64,000 bases of DNA from an uncultured Spirochaetota bacterium (GCA_963783575.1 CAWAOD010000011.1:160001-224000); one strand, 5' to 3'. Positions 50,877-62,458 are shown, counted from the stretch's first letter. The notes: generated from the sequence alone by a model not told the origin. Made by a program: numbers and translations.

Positions 50877-52048
50877 ATGATTAAGAAGATATTTTTAATA
50901 AATCTGGTTTTATTATTTTTTGCAGGATTTGTTTTCGGAACCGATGAAAAGAAACTGGATTATCCTGTAGATATAATGGGCGAAGGCGGAGCAGGCGTGG
51001 CAAGCTATGGAAAGCTCAGTATGGTTTATATGAATCCGGCTTCAGTCGCCGCGTCTCCGGATTTTTCGAAGATTCCTATACTTCAAATCGGTGCAAGCGT
51101 TAATCCGGGCTCTTTCAGCTTTATCAGCAATTGAATAATACTAAAAACGGCGGTGATATACCATGGAACTCTCTCCTAAATCTGCAAGCTAATGCCGGGA
51201 TTCAAGGCCCGTTTCAAACAGGTTTTGTGAAAAATATTGACGGCAATGGAATAACAATCCTCCTATATAATAATTTTGATCTTAATGCAGATGTTGTGCC
51301 GTTTGTCGGCTTGCCTTATATTGATTTTGGGGCGTATGAAGATTTAGGTATTATAGCCGGTTATTCTAAAGATCTGACGGCTTTTATTCCTCAGGATGTC
51401 CTGACAGCGATATATTTATCGCAATTATCCGTGGGGGCTAATTTTAAGTTTGTCAGGCGTTACAAATTGGAAAACCATACAATGGATGTTTTGACTGCGG
51501 CTAATTTAGGAGATGAATTAAATAACAGTAATCAAGGGATATTGGCGGGAAACTCAATTGGTATGGACCTGGGAATTCTGGCAAAAAGCTACCAGCTTGG
51601 CATCGGCGATCTAGGCGTGGGAATTGTACTGAGAGATTTATTTCTGCCATTCAGCTGGGAAGAGGAAAGTGTGAATCCTTTTCTGCAGAAAATGACAAAT
51701 ACGGTTACCAATGTATCGTCATTTGCCCCAGCTTTTGATATTGGCTTCAGCTATAAATTTCCCGACTTAAGCTTTATTTTATCAGATAATTTCTTTTACC
51801 TGGATTTTGCAAACCTGACAGCTAATATGAATTTCTTGAATAAGATCAAATACGGCATTGAGGTTCGTCTGTTTAAGGTAATTCCAATCCGCCTGGGAAT
51901 AAACGCAGGGTGGCCTTCTATCGGGCTTGGCCTTGAAATTCCGATTTTGAAAATCAACCTTGCCTATTATACGGATGAACTTGGAATATATCCGGGGAAT
52001 AATCCCGAACAAAAGATTGTGGCTGATATTGATCTGATGATTTTTTAA
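50877..52048 (+). CDS. Putative outer-membrane beta-barrel protein (TraF/FadL-like), frameshift at ~51115
   Basis: Signal peptide; MGEGGAGVA...YMNPA; amphipathic strands; C-terminal Phe; one extra T in tctttcag joins the ORFs. Confidence 0.65.
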
Positions 52049-52058
52049 CAAGAGTGAT

Positions 52059-52106
52059 CCTTTGGTTTCTTTCGACAAGCTCAGGACAGGCTTCTTGACC
52101 AGGTTT
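52059..52106 (+). repeat. REP-like repeat copy C (uninterrupted)
   Basis: CCTTTGGTTTCTTTCGACAAGCTCAGGACAGGCTTCTTGACCAGGTTT aligns with reconstructed copy A, CCTTTGCTTCTCTTCGGCAAGCTCAGGGCAGGCTGCTTGACCCGGTTT. Confidence 0.8.
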
Positions 52107-52139
52107 AATCCCTCGCAGTCTTGCTACTGGATAGTTTAT

Positions 52140-52165
52140 CCCCCGCTTTATGCGGGGGTTTTTTT
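52140..52165 (+). terminator. Intrinsic terminator
   Basis: CCCCCGC-TTTAT-GCGGGGG followed by T7. Confidence 0.75.
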
Positions 52166-52305
52166 AGCAAAATAATATAATAGTACTAAAGAAAGGGCAA
52201 TACTGAATAAATATTTCCGGTCTTTTTTTTGTATAGAATGAAAGAATAGCCTATAATATAAGATGTTGTTTTTAGACAGAGCAAAAAAAATATTGGAGTA
52301 AGTAA

Positions 52306-53796
52306 ATGAATAATTCTAAGAAGTTCTTTATTTTGATCATATTTTTGACAGGCTTCCTTTTTGGACTCGGCTTATTAACCGTAAGTAAATTCTTTTTTAC
52401 CGGGGCGCCTCTTTACGCCGATACAAACTCAACAAACGCTGAAAACGTTGCAAATCCTGATGATGATAACTATTTTAAATTCTTTCCGATGTTCAAGGAA
52501 GCTTTTAATATCCTCAAAAGGGAATACTACGATAAAAATATGGTGGTTTCAAAAAAGCTGATCTATGGCGCTGTGAAGGGTATGATGGAAAGCGTTGATG
52601 ATCCTTATACTACTTTTATGGATCCCACTGTTTCAAAAGAGTTCAGTATCGATATGACGGCTTCATTCGGCGGTTTGGGAATACAAATAGATATCAGGGA
52701 CAATTGGCTTACTATAATTTCTCCGATTGAGGATACGCCGGCATGGAAAGCCGGTCTTAAATCGGGTGATAAAATTGTTGAAATAGAAGGAAAATCCACT
52801 AAAGGTATATCGGTAAAAGAAGCGGTGGATAAAATGAGAGGTAAGCCAGGAACATCGATTACAATTACAATTGTAAGAGAAGGTATAAAAGATCCCTTCC
52901 AGGTTACAATGAAAAGGGAAGAAATTAAACTCAAAAGAGTAAAGTCTGATATTATCGAAAGCCATAATAAAAAAATCGGATATATTAAGGTTGATGAATT
53001 CAGTATTACAACAGCCGAAGAACTCAAGGATCAATTGACCGGAACACTGAATAAAAAACCGGATGGGCTTATTATAGATTTGAGGAATAACCCCGGCGGA
53101 TATCTTAACATAGTAGTGAGCTGTGTAAATTACTTTCAGAAAGAAGGATTAATTGTTTATACAAGGGGAAGATTAGCGGAAAATAATACCGATTTCAGAG
53201 CATCGGCGGGAAATGGATTTGTGCCGGTGGACCTGCCGGTAGTAGTTATGATCAACCAGGGGAGTGCAAGCGCCAGCGAAATATTTGCCGGCGCTATGCA
53301 GGATACCGGCAGAGCTGTACTCATAGGTATGAAGAGTTATGGAAAAGGTTCTGTACAAAAAACATTTACTTTTCCGGATGACGGTTCTTTAATTAAATAT
53401 ACGGTAGCGAAATATTTTACCCCATCCGGGCGAAGTATTGATAAAGTCGGATTAACCCCGAATGTAGAAGAAAAAATGTGGTATGAAACACTGGCCGATG
53501 ATGAGAAGAATTCATTGATAAAAATACAGAATACCAATTTTATAAAGGAGTTTCTTGCAGAAAATACAAATTATGATTCGCAAAAACTCAGTAATTTCCA
53601 GAAATCTCTTGAAGAAAAAAATTATAAAATCGGAACAAAGTCCTTAAAATGGCTAATAAAAATGAAGACAACCGAAAATTCCCTGCCTGAAATTTATGAT
53701 GCCGAATTTGATAACCAGCTTGATAAAGCTCTTGAGGTACTTGAGCATTATAAAGATTATAAAAAGCCTTTAACGAATTTTAATGAAGCAAAATAA
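52306..53796 (+). CDS. ctpA: S41 carboxy-terminal processing protease
   Basis: DPYT, GGLGI (PDZ), DLRNNPGG, SASASEI, YGKGSVQ. Confidence 0.92.
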   Translation: MNNSKKFFILIIFLTGFLFGLGLLTVSKFFFTGAPLYADTNSTNAENVANPDDDNYFKFFPMFKEAFNILKREYYDKNMVVSKKLIYGAVKGMMESVDDPYTTFMDPTVSKEFSIDMTASFGGLGIQIDIRDNWLTIISPIEDTPAWKAGLKSGDKIVEIEGKSTKGISVKEAVDKMRGKPGTSITITIVREGIKDPFQVTMKREEIKLKRVKSDIIESHNKKIGYIKVDEFSITTAEELKDQLTGTLNKKPDGLIIDLRNNPGGYLNIVVSCVNYFQKEGLIVYTRGRLAENNTDFRASAGNGFVPVDLPVVVMINQGSASASEIFAGAMQDTGRAVLIGMKSYGKGSVQKTFTFPDDGSLIKYTVAKYFTPSGRSIDKVGLTPNVEEKMWYETLADDEKNSLIKIQNTNFIKEFLAENTNYDSQKLSNFQKSLEEKNYKIGTKSLKWLIKMKTTENSLPEIYDAEFDNQLDKALEVLEHYKDYKKPLTNFNEAK

Positions 53797-53822
53797 TAAT
53801 TAATAAGGGTAGGTACGGAAAT

Positions 53823-54662
53823 ATGGCTTGGTTTGTAAAACCTAAATATAATGTAAAAAGTAACAGCGGGATTAAATTGAATGAAGGATTATGGCGGAAA
53901 TGCCATAAATGCAATACAATCATCTACAACAAGGATTGGGAGGAAAATTTACATGTCTGCATTCATTGCGGGTATCACGACCGCTTAAGCGCTCCAGAGA
54001 GGATACAAACATTGATTGATGCCGGAACCTTTGTTGAAACTGAAATGGAAATTACTTCATCGGATCCATTAAACTTTCATGACGGTAAAGTTACATACGT
54101 GGAAAAAATAAGAAAAGAAATGGAAAAAACAAAACTTAACGAAGCCGTAATTACAGGATACGGTGAATTAAGCGGAAAGACGGTAGATATAGCAGTAATG
54201 GAGTTTGCTTTTCAAGGCGGCGGCATGGGTTCGGTTGTCGGTGAAAAAATAACAAGGACGATTGAATCCGCCGACCGTAATAAAAGACCGCTTATTATCG
54301 TATCTGCATCAGGCGGGGCAAGAATGCATGAAGGCATCCTTTCGCTTATGCAGATGGCAAAAACTTCCGTGGCGTTGAAGAGATTCAGCCAGAATGGCGG
54401 ACTTTATATATCGGTGATTACCGATCCGACTTCAGGCGGGGTTACGGCTTCCTTTGCAATGCTGGGCGATTTTATCCTGGCGGAAAAGGAGGCTTTTATC
54501 GGTTTTGCCGGGCCTATTGTAATCGAGCAGGCAATAAGGCAGAAATTACCCCCTGAATTTCAGCATTCCGAATTTGTTGCCGAACATGGATTTATTGATA
54601 TAGTGCTTGAAAGAAAAGACCTGAAGAATACCATTTCCAGGCTGATTGATTATACTCAATAA
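53823..54662 (+). CDS. accD: Acetyl-CoA carboxylase carboxyltransferase beta subunit
   Basis: LWRKCHKC...CIHC zinc ribbon, MGSVVGEKI, SGGARMHEG, SLMQMAK, GGVTASFA. Confidence 0.95.
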   Translation: MAWFVKPKYNVKSNSGIKLNEGLWRKCHKCNTIIYNKDWEENLHVCIHCGYHDRLSAPERIQTLIDAGTFVETEMEITSSDPLNFHDGKVTYVEKIRKEMEKTKLNEAVITGYGELSGKTVDIAVMEFAFQGGGMGSVVGEKITRTIESADRNKRPLIIVSASGGARMHEGILSLMQMAKTSVALKRFSQNGGLYISVITDPTSGGVTASFAMLGDFILAEKEAFIGFAGPIVIEQAIRQKLPPEFQHSEFVAEHGFIDIVLERKDLKNTISRLIDYTQ

Positions 54663-54673
54663 GGAGCATCTGG

Positions 54674-55438
54674 ATGGAAATAATCGGCAACGAAGATGTA
54701 GAGCAATATTCCGGAAGCGGAATTGTTGTCAATAATCTTGAGAAAATTTACAAGAAAAGAAAAGTTGTCAACGGCGTCAGTTTTCATATTAAAAAGGGAG
54801 AGATTGTCGGTTTGTTAGGTCCGAACGGCGCCGGTAAAACGACTACTTTTTATATGATTGTCGGGCTTATAAAGCCCAATAATGGTAAGGTTATGCTTAA
54901 CAATGAGAATATTGCGGCTTTTCCGATGTATAAAAGGGCTCGTATGGGAATAGGCTACCTTCCCCAGGAAATGTCGATTTTCAGAAAGCTTACCGTTGAG
55001 GATAATATAAAAGCGGTTCTGGAATTGGAGGGGAAGAGCAAAGAGGATATAAACGATACCACCAACCAGCTTATGAAAGAGCTTGGCCTTGATAAAATCA
55101 AACATCAAATGGCTTATACACTTTCCGGAGGCGAGAAAAGAAGAACTGAAGTAGCCCGCATATTAGCTATCCAGCCGAATTTTCTTCTTCTTGATGAGCC
55201 ATTTACAGGGATCGACCCGATTGCTATCGCGGATATACAAAAGATCATCCTGCAGTTGAGAGATTCAAGAGGGCTGGGTATTTTAATAACAGATCATAAT
55301 GTCAGAGAAACTTTGAAAATTACCGACAGAGCGTATATTATTCATGAAGGAAAGATTTTAGTAAGCGGTACTTCGACAGACCTGATCGGTCATGAAGAGA
55401 CCCGAAGAATTTATCTCGGAAGAGATTTTACAATGTAA
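54674..55438 (+). CDS. lptB: LPS export ABC transporter ATP-binding protein
   Basis: GPNGAGKTTTFYMIVG, YLPQE, LSGGE, DEPFTGIDPI, ITDHNVRETL. Confidence 0.93.
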   Translation: MEIIGNEDVEQYSGSGIVVNNLEKIYKKRKVVNGVSFHIKKGEIVGLLGPNGAGKTTTFYMIVGLIKPNNGKVMLNNENIAAFPMYKRARMGIGYLPQEMSIFRKLTVEDNIKAVLELEGKSKEDINDTTNQLMKELGLDKIKHQMAYTLSGGEKRRTEVARILAIQPNFLLLDEPFTGIDPIAIADIQKIILQLRDSRGLGILITDHNVRETLKITDRAYIIHEGKILVSGTSTDLIGHEETRRIYLGRDFTM

Positions 55439-55537
55439 TTATATTAATAAATTCTGACTAAGTTTGTAAGGAATGACAAACGGCTGAATAGATACAATAA
55501 ATATTAATGAATACATTTCAAAAAAAAGAGGAGGGAT

Positions 55538-56203
55538 ATGAATCCCTATGAAGTACTTGGTGTGCCTTATGACGCAACAATTGAAGAAATAAAAGATAGA
55601 TTCCGCAGTTTATCCAAAAAATACCACCCTGATATTTCAAAAGAACCGACGGTTGATTATGTTGAAATTATCGATTCTTATAAGATTCTTGCTGACAGCA
55701 GGAAAAGAGATGAGTTCGATCTTCTTCACAGAAAGGAAATTCTTAAGAAAAAGCTTTTAAAAGAGAATCTTGAATCCAATTTGTTTATACTTCCTGTAAA
55801 CCGGATTGAATATACGTTTTCCCTGGGAAATATTCTGAAGGAAGGCATAAGAATCGGCAAATCTTATAAACACAATGATCTGATAGATCATATGGGCCAG
55901 GATATAGTTATATCTGTGAGACCGTTTGAGGTAAAAATCGGTGCTGTTGCGATTCTTGAACTTCCGGTTAAACTGCCATGCCCTGTATGCAGGGGAAGTA
56001 ATACAACCTGCTATAGATGCAAAGGAAGCGGATTTATTAAAACTATTGAAAAAATTAATTTTCTAATACCGCAAAGCGTTAAAGACAGTGAAGTAATTGA
56101 ATTTAATCCCGGTGATTATTATGCACTTTATTCAAATCAAAAAAATAATATGATTTATTTTAAATCCAGATCCATTAGATTAAGAATTGTTTTTATCGAA
56201 TAA
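55538..56203 (+). CDS. J-domain (DnaJ-like) protein with partial zinc finger
   Basis: NPYEVLGV, KYHPD, CPVCRG...CYRCKGSG. Confidence 0.85.
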   Translation: MNPYEVLGVPYDATIEEIKDRFRSLSKKYHPDISKEPTVDYVEIIDSYKILADSRKRDEFDLLHRKEILKKKLLKENLESNLFILPVNRIEYTFSLGNILKEGIRIGKSYKHNDLIDHMGQDIVISVRPFEVKIGAVAILELPVKLPCPVCRGSNTTCYRCKGSGFIKTIEKINFLIPQSVKDSEVIEFNPGDYYALYSNQKNNMIYFKSRSIRLRIVFIE

Positions 56204-56284
56204 TATTATAAATTATATAAAATTTGATTATTTTCATACATAAGACGATTACCATGAAAAAAGCCTTTTGAATGATGGTTATTT

Positions 56285-57352
56285 ATGATAAAAATTGTTT
56301 CTATTCTTAACCTCCTTCTAAGTCTATTATTTGTTTTTTATAATAGTGCTCTTTCAACAAGCCCTTCAAAAATAATTGTTGAGTCTTTTAAAATATCAGA
56401 TATTGAAACTAATATGCTGTTTTATGACGCCGCAGAAAATGTCAATCACTGGCTGGCCGATAGTTTGTCATCCAACTGGAATTTGCAGATCATTCCAGGG
56501 GATTATTCGCATTATTCAAAAAGCAGTGCAGATAAAAATCCGAATAAAGATAATATTGATATTCAGAACGGCCCGATCTATGTATTAAAAGGCATGGTAT
56601 TTTATTATGATGAAGAAATTGTTGTAAATATAGTTATGACTGATATTTCTGCAAGCAACCTGGTATTCGAGGATGGCGTTTATACTTATGATCTTTCGGG
56701 AGAAAAAGGTCTTAAGTATGCCGTTGTCCAATTATCGGACAGGATTACAAAAAGGATGCATGGCGAGACCCCTGATATTTATAGAACAGATAAAGATGAA
56801 ACCGATCAGGAACCCGATAATATTAATTCCGAGGGTTCCGAGAAAAAAAGGCTTCCAGGAGTTGTCAAACAGATTTCTCTTGCAAACTTCGGGTATTTTT
56901 ATAATACCGGGGCGCAATTGGGGGTGATTCAAGCTTTCAATATTTGGTTTAAACCTGATTGGCATATCGGTATAGGAATTGGAAGCCAGCTTGCGAAACT
57001 TTATTTGAATTTTCCGGGGTATACAAATACTACAGGAACAATATTACCTATTCAGGTATATATTCCGATATATATTCAGCCTGAATATGATAAAATAAAT
57101 GATTTATCATTGTCAATAGAGTGGGCATGGTATAATCCCGGCGGTGTGAATGCTTCCGATACCAATGTGACAACGAATACAAACGTGACATATCTGATAA
57201 ATAATCCATTGAACTATGTAGATATCAGGCTGAATTATTATTTTTCCGGATTTTCATCGATTTCCGCAGGCTGTATGATTAATTATTTAAACGGAAGCTA
57301 TAATTTTTATATTGGCGGTGCTATTTATCTCGGCTATTATACCAAGGAATAA
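56285..57352 (+). CDS. Exported hypothetical protein (TolB-N-like N-domain, possible C-terminal beta-barrel)
   Basis: Signal peptide; aromatic alternating strands at the C-terminus. Confidence 0.55.
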   Translation: MIKIVSILNLLLSLLFVFYNSALSTSPSKIIVESFKISDIETNMLFYDAAENVNHWLADSLSSNWNLQIIPGDYSHYSKSSADKNPNKDNIDIQNGPIYVLKGMVFYYDEEIVVNIVMTDISASNLVFEDGVYTYDLSGEKGLKYAVVQLSDRITKRMHGETPDIYRTDKDETDQEPDNINSEGSEKKRLPGVVKQISLANFGYFYNTGAQLGVIQAFNIWFKPDWHIGIGIGSQLAKLYLNFPGYTNTTGTILPIQVYIPIYIQPEYDKINDLSLSIEWAWYNPGGVNASDTNVTTNTNVTYLINNPLNYVDIRLNYYFSGFSSISAGCMINYLNGSYNFYIGGAIYLGYYTKE

Positions 57353-57432
57353 ATAAAGTATTATACTTGAGTAATTTTAGCAGTATTGTTAAAATATACA
57401 TTGATTTTTGCAATTTAATAAAGGGAGAAATT

Positions 57433-58461
57433 ATGAATATCTTTACTGTAATAAAGGACGCATTTATTAATGATCTTGCTATTGATCTTGGTACGGCCAA
57501 TACATTGATTTATGTTAAAGGTGAGGGCATTGTGCTTTCCGAACCTTCAGTAGTTGCGATACAAACAGGAACGGGTAAAGTTATGGCAGTGGGAAGGGAA
57601 GCCAAGAACATGCTTGGAAAAACACCGGGGGATATAGTAGCCATACGTCCTATGCGTGAAGGTGTTATAGCGGATTTTGAAGTTGTCGGTAAAATGATGA
57701 AATATTTCATTTCAAAAAGCCAGATACATAAAAAGTTAGTTCATCCAAGGGTTGTAATCGGTGTTCCTTCAGGGGTAACTGAAGTTGAGAGAAGAGCTGT
57801 AAGAGAAGCCGCAGAACAGGCGGGGGCGACCAAAATACACTTGATTGAAGCCCCTAAAGCAGCCGCTCTGGGCGCCAATATTCCGATAGATGAACCCGCC
57901 GGGCACATGGTTATAGATATTGGCGGCGGAACAACCGAAGTAGCGGTATTATCTCTTGGCGGTATTGTAATTAGCAATTCGATAAGGGTAGGCGGTGATA
58001 AATTCGATGAAGCGATTATGGGTCATTTAAAGAAGTATCACAACCTTATAGTCGGGGAAAAGACAGCAGAAGAATTAAAGATAAAAATTGGAAGCGCATA
58101 TCCTTTGAAAACGGTTGAAACAATGGAAATTAAAGGCCGTGATGCAATCAGCGGACTTCCCAGGATTTTAAAAATCGACAGCGTTGAAGTCCGGGAAGCT
58201 TTACAGGAAACCGTAAATAAGGTTCTGGATGCCGTCCGTCAGACTCTTGATCAGACGCCACCGGAACTTTCTTCTGATATTATCGAACGAGGAATCGTAA
58301 TGGCCGGCGGCGGATCACTACTGCGCGGCCTTTCAAAGTTTATTTCTAAAAATACCGGAGTTCCGGTCTTTCTGGCTGAAAATCCTCTTACGTGCGATGT
58401 TTTAGGCGCCGGAAAATATCTTGAGCATATTAAAAAATATGAAAACCAGTATTTTGGATAA
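57433..58461 (+). CDS. mreB: Rod shape-determining protein MreB
   Basis: [40 protein letters not shown]. Confidence 0.96.
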   Translation: MNIFTVIKDAFINDLAIDLGTANTLIYVKGEGIVLSEPSVVAIQTGTGKVMAVGREAKNMLGKTPGDIVAIRPMREGVIADFEVVGKMMKYFISKSQIHKKLVHPRVVIGVPSGVTEVERRAVREAAEQAGATKIHLIEAPKAAALGANIPIDEPAGHMVIDIGGGTTEVAVLSLGGIVISNSIRVGGDKFDEAIMGHLKKYHNLIVGEKTAEELKIKIGSAYPLKTVETMEIKGRDAISGLPRILKIDSVEVREALQETVNKVLDAVRQTLDQTPPELSSDIIERGIVMAGGGSLLRGLSKFISKNTGVPVFLAENPLTCDVLGAGKYLEHIKKYENQYFG

Positions 58462-58476
58462 TAATCGAGCTGATTA

Positions 58477-59358
58477 ATGCAAAACCTATTCCTTTATAAA
58501 AATAAATCGTTTGTTGCTCTTATTTTGTTTTTAGTGGTGTCATTATCTCTGATGTTTTTTAATGTCCGCTTTCCCACATTTAATATCAGGTCTATTTTTT
58601 TCTTTTTAACATATCCGATTCAGTATTCAGTATCATCGGTAGGTAGTTTTTTTGTAAATTCGGCGACAAGCATCTCAAAGATCCAGCAGTTGGAAAACGA
58701 ACTGAAATTTACAAAAGAGAGGCTTATCAAATACCAGGAAGCGCTCCTTTTATCTTCTCAAATAAATAAAGAAAATGAAGAATTGAGAAATGCGCTTAGT
58801 ATGAAATCCAGGATCAACCAGATTACCAGATATGCCAGGATTATATTCAGGGATCCAAGTTTAACGGGAGATTATTTTATAATTGATAAGGGAGTTTTTG
58901 ATGGCATCAAGCAGAATATGCCTGCAGTCTCGTATAATTCCGATGGCAAAATATATTTAGTGGGAAGGATTTCCGAAGCGAATGTTTCCGCTTCAAAAGT
59001 TAAACTTATAACTGCCGCCGATTCTTATGTCGGTGTTACATTAAAAAATAGCGGATATGTGGGTATACTGAAGGGTAACGGTTCCTGGAACCAGAATACG
59101 GATGTTGAATATATTCCGTTTGAAGCAAATGTAGAAGTTGGAGAGGAAGTGGTTACTTCCGGGGAAAGTGATATATTTCCGGCAGGAATTTTAATCGGTA
59201 ATATTATTGCTATTGATACCGGTTCAACTGAAGATTTCTTTAAAAAGCTTTATGTCAAACCGGAATATAAATATAATAAAATCAATGATGTTTTTATTAT
59301 TGAATGGAAACCCGGTATTGAAATAAAAGATTTGATAGAAAACGCGGAAGATCATTAA
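58477..59358 (+). CDS. mreC: Rod shape-determining protein MreC
   Basis: N-terminal TM, coiled coil ENEELR, IDKG, VTSG...FPAGILIG; follows mreB. Confidence 0.92.
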   Translation: MQNLFLYKNKSFVALILFLVVSLSLMFFNVRFPTFNIRSIFFFLTYPIQYSVSSVGSFFVNSATSISKIQQLENELKFTKERLIKYQEALLLSSQINKENEELRNALSMKSRINQITRYARIIFRDPSLTGDYFIIDKGVFDGIKQNMPAVSYNSDGKIYLVGRISEANVSASKVKLITAADSYVGVTLKNSGYVGILKGNGSWNQNTDVEYIPFEANVEVGEEVVTSGESDIFPAGILIGNIIAIDTGSTEDFFKKLYVKPEYKYNKINDVFIIEWKPGIEIKDLIENAEDH

Positions 59359-59359
59359 T

Positions 59360-59860
59360 ATGAAAAACAAGATTTTACGAAATGTAATTTATGGAATATT
59401 TGTCTTTATTTTTATGGCTTTACAGTCTTCGAACGTTATGGCAATATTTGATATCAACCCGGATTTTCTTTTGATTATTATTATTCTTCATAGCTTAAAT
59501 TATGGCGAATATAAAGGTGTTTGGTTCGGTTTTATAATAGGACTTCTTGAAGATGCTTTATCCGGAACATTATTTGGCTTGAATGCTTTTATTTTCACAC
59601 TTATCAGCTGGCTGACCGGCGTTTATAAAAGATATATTTTTATTTCAGATATCGTTGCTTTCATAATTTATATTATTTTAGCAACAATAATAAAATATAT
59701 TTTTTATATTTTATTTTACTGGATATTTAAAAAGTCAGGACTCCTGGACTGGTATATTTTATTGAAAATGGCAGGAGAGATCGGTTATAATGTTATTATA
59801 GGAATAGTTTTCTTCTATCTGGCGCCCTTTGTATACAAAAGAGAAGAAACCACATTTTAA
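59360..59860 (+). CDS. mreD: Rod shape-determining protein MreD
   Basis: Hydrophobic; PDFLLI, GLLEDALSG; follows mreC. Confidence 0.9.
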   Translation: MKNKILRNVIYGIFVFIFMALQSSNVMAIFDINPDFLLIIIILHSLNYGEYKGVWFGFIIGLLEDALSGTLFGLNAFIFTLISWLTGVYKRYIFISDIVAFIIYIILATIIKYIFYILFYWIFKKSGLLDWYILLKMAGEIGYNVIIGIVFFYLAPFVYKREETTF

Positions 59861-60019
59861 TATTATTTTATACTTTTTTCCCTTTAATTTTCTTAAGTAA
59901 AAATGTTTTCTTTTCGTTAGAACCTTTCACTTGTTTGATCTTTTCTTGGTTCTTTATTAGTATTAGTTGTTGGGGAAGGAATTCTCTAACTAAAATATCG
60001 TAGTTGTTTAGAGGTAAAT

Positions 60020-61849
60020 ATGTTAAAAGCTTTTATGAATCTAAGAATTCAATTTAGGCTTTTGATGCTTCTGATTCCGTTTATTATCGGGTTTCTGATT
60101 TTCGCTGTTTCGCTTTTTCAAGTTATGAATACAGTGAAAGTCAATGGCCCTGTTTATGAAAAAATCGCCCAGGGAAAGGATCTGATGGCCGATATTCTGC
60201 CTCCTCCGGAATTTATTATCGAACCATATTTGTCAGTTTTAGAAATTGAAGCGGATAATGATCCGGAAAAAATACAATATTTCGTGGATAATGAAAGACA
60301 CTACCGGAAAGTTTATGAAGATAATCACAAGTTCTGGGAAAAGAACCTTCCGGAAGGGACGATTAAAACAATTTTAATCAGGGATTCCTTCCAACAAGCG
60401 GAAGATTTTTTTGATATCCTGGAGAAGAAGGTTATTCCATTGATTCAGGCCGGTGATAAAGAAAATGCCCACTTATTCATCTCGGGAATACTCAAGTCGA
60501 AATATCTGGCGCACTGGGCAAAGATCAATCAGGTGATTACTCTGTTATCCACCGAAAGTAAAAAGATTGAAACTGAAGCCGCCGATTATGTATCCGGAAA
60601 CACTGTCAGGATGATTCTGACCGGGGGGATTATTTTTGTTTTTGTGATAGCCTTTTCTTTCTTAATCGCTTGGACCATCATAAGCCCGCTGCGGAAATTA
60701 ACCAATGCATTACCAGCCATTACCGGCGGGGATTTTACAAAAAAAATCGAAATCCATTCCAGGGATGAGACCGGAATTCTGTCGGAAGCTTTCAATAAAC
60801 TGCTGGTCCAGCTGAACGGGGATTTAATCCGGGTGGAAAAGTCATCGGAAAAAATCCAGGAGACCTCCGGCCAATCCACAGAGATTGTAAACCAAAGCGT
60901 AAAACTTATTGAAGCTGTCGGATCGAATGTCCGGGACATAGAAATCCATGTAGACAGGTCAACTTCCGGAGTCGAAGTATTAATGAGTACCCTTGAAGAA
61001 ATTTCCAGGAATATAGATGAGATAACGGCCAATATGATCCGCCAGTCCTCCTCGGTCGAAGAGGAGGCGAGTTCCATTGAGGAAATGGTTCGGAATATCC
61101 AAAAAACGGCTTCCATGTCTAACAAAAGCCATGAAATATCGAACAGCCTGAATCAGCTGGCACTGGAAGGAGGAACAGCCGTGAAAAATTCCGTACTTTC
61201 AATTAAAGAGGCGGCTGAGAATTCCAACCGGATCCTGGAACTTCTCAAAATCATCACAAATATTGCCGAACAAACCAATATGCTGGCAATGAACGCGGCA
61301 ATAGAATCCGCTCATGCAGGTGAAGCCGGTAAAGGCTTCTCAATAGTGGCTTCCGAGATACGAACACTCTCCGAAGATACCAATAAAAATACCAAAGACA
61401 TCAACGATGCGGTTCATTCTATTCTTTCCAGAATTGATGAATCGGTTAAGCTCGCGGAAAAAGCGGGTTCCGGCCTGGAGTCCATTATTGATTACTCCCG
61501 GCAGAATGAAGAGATTGTAAAACAGCTTAATATCGCAATGGTGGAACAGGATAATGGGTCGAAAGATATTTTAAGAGCCACGGAGGAACTGGTCAGGATA
61601 ACGGAAGAAGTAAAGCTGGCGATGGCTGAACAGAAGAAAGCGACTTCCGAATTTGCGGGATCGCTCCGGGAAATCCGGGACCAGACTCTTTCCAACCGGG
61701 GAAGCATTAAAGAGCATGTCGAAAATCTGCATAATCTTCTGTCCGTGATGGAAAAATCCAAAGAACTCATTGAAGAGAATAAAAATCAGGCCAATGTTCT
61801 TAGGGGGCTGGTCGACAAATTCATGCTGGAGGATAAAGGAACGGTTTAA
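60020..61849 (+). CDS. Methyl-accepting chemotaxis protein
   Basis: Two TMs, HAMP (GDFTKKI...DETG), IAEQTNMLAMNAAIESAHAGEAGKGFSIVASEIR. Confidence 0.93.
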   Translation: MLKAFMNLRIQFRLLMLLIPFIIGFLIFAVSLFQVMNTVKVNGPVYEKIAQGKDLMADILPPPEFIIEPYLSVLEIEADNDPEKIQYFVDNERHYRKVYEDNHKFWEKNLPEGTIKTILIRDSFQQAEDFFDILEKKVIPLIQAGDKENAHLFISGILKSKYLAHWAKINQVITLLSTESKKIETEAADYVSGNTVRMILTGGIIFVFVIAFSFLIAWTIISPLRKLTNALPAITGGDFTKKIEIHSRDETGILSEAFNKLLVQLNGDLIRVEKSSEKIQETSGQSTEIVNQSVKLIEAVGSNVRDIEIHVDRSTSGVEVLMSTLEEISRNIDEITANMIRQSSSVEEEASSIEEMVRNIQKTASMSNKSHEISNSLNQLALEGGTAVKNSVLSIKEAAENSNRILELLKIITNIAEQTNMLAMNAAIESAHAGEAGKGFSIVASEIRTLSEDTNKNTKDINDAVHSILSRIDESVKLAEKAGSGLESIIDYSRQNEEIVKQLNIAMVEQDNGSKDILRATEELVRITEEVKLAMAEQKKATSEFAGSLREIRDQTLSNRGSIKEHVENLHNLLSVMEKSKELIEENKNQANVLRGLVDKFMLEDKGTV

Positions 61850-61989
61850 TTCCACTTAATTTTATAACCATCCCAATTTAATTATAAAAAACGAAGTGCG
61901 GATATCATACTAATTAAGGACAAAAAGCGAATCCGCTTATAACAATTGAAGCGGTTGAATGTTGAAATTAAAAAAATAGCTTATGTGTG

Positions 61990-62105
61990 TTAATTCCTGA
62001 GGCCGTATTCCCATGACTTCGGCTTTTGTAGTTGGTTCGGGTATAGGTATACCGCCTTCAGCCAGGCTTTCGATGTGAAATTCTATTACCTCATAAATCA
62101 GCTGT
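61990..62105 (-). pseudogene. C-terminal remnant of a HicB-family antitoxin
   Basis: LIYEVIEFHIESLAEGGIPIPEP matches the HicB EAIxxHIExLxxxGxPIPEP pattern; the N-terminal half and hicA are missing. Confidence 0.55.
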
Positions 62106-62343
62106 GCCGGAATTGTCTGTGGCTTCCTTTTTGTCTTATTTGCTGCCATCCATCCGACTGTAGCATACCTGATAAAAGCTGTCCGGATAGGGCAGGCTTT
62201 ATTTTTTGTACAATATTTGTACTTTATTTTATAATCTATAAGAATAATTAAGCAAAAAAGTAATACCGCTAAAATTATTGGCGCATAAAAGAAACAGCTA
62301 TTTTGTTTATTTGATATGTAATATTGGTATATAGAATTAACCA

Positions 62344-62417
62344 GCGCCTATAGCTCAGCTGGATAGAGCGTCGGCCTCCGGAGCCGAAAGTCAGAGGTTC
62401 GAATCCTCCTAGGCGCG
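62344..62417 (+). tRNA. tRNA-Arg (anticodon CCG)
   Basis: GCGCCTATAGCTCAGCTGGATAGAGCG-TCGGC-CTCCGGA-GCCGA...GGTTCGAATCC...TAGGCGCG; CCA not encoded. Confidence 0.95.
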
Positions 62418-62424
62418 AATTAAA

Positions 62425-62450
62425 CAGCGGCGGGATGATGATCCGCCGCT
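62425..62450 (+). terminator. GC-rich hairpin after tRNA-Arg
   Basis: CAGCGGCGG...CCGCCGCTG; no strong U tract on the + strand. Confidence 0.5.
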
Positions 62451-62458
62451 GAAAATTT

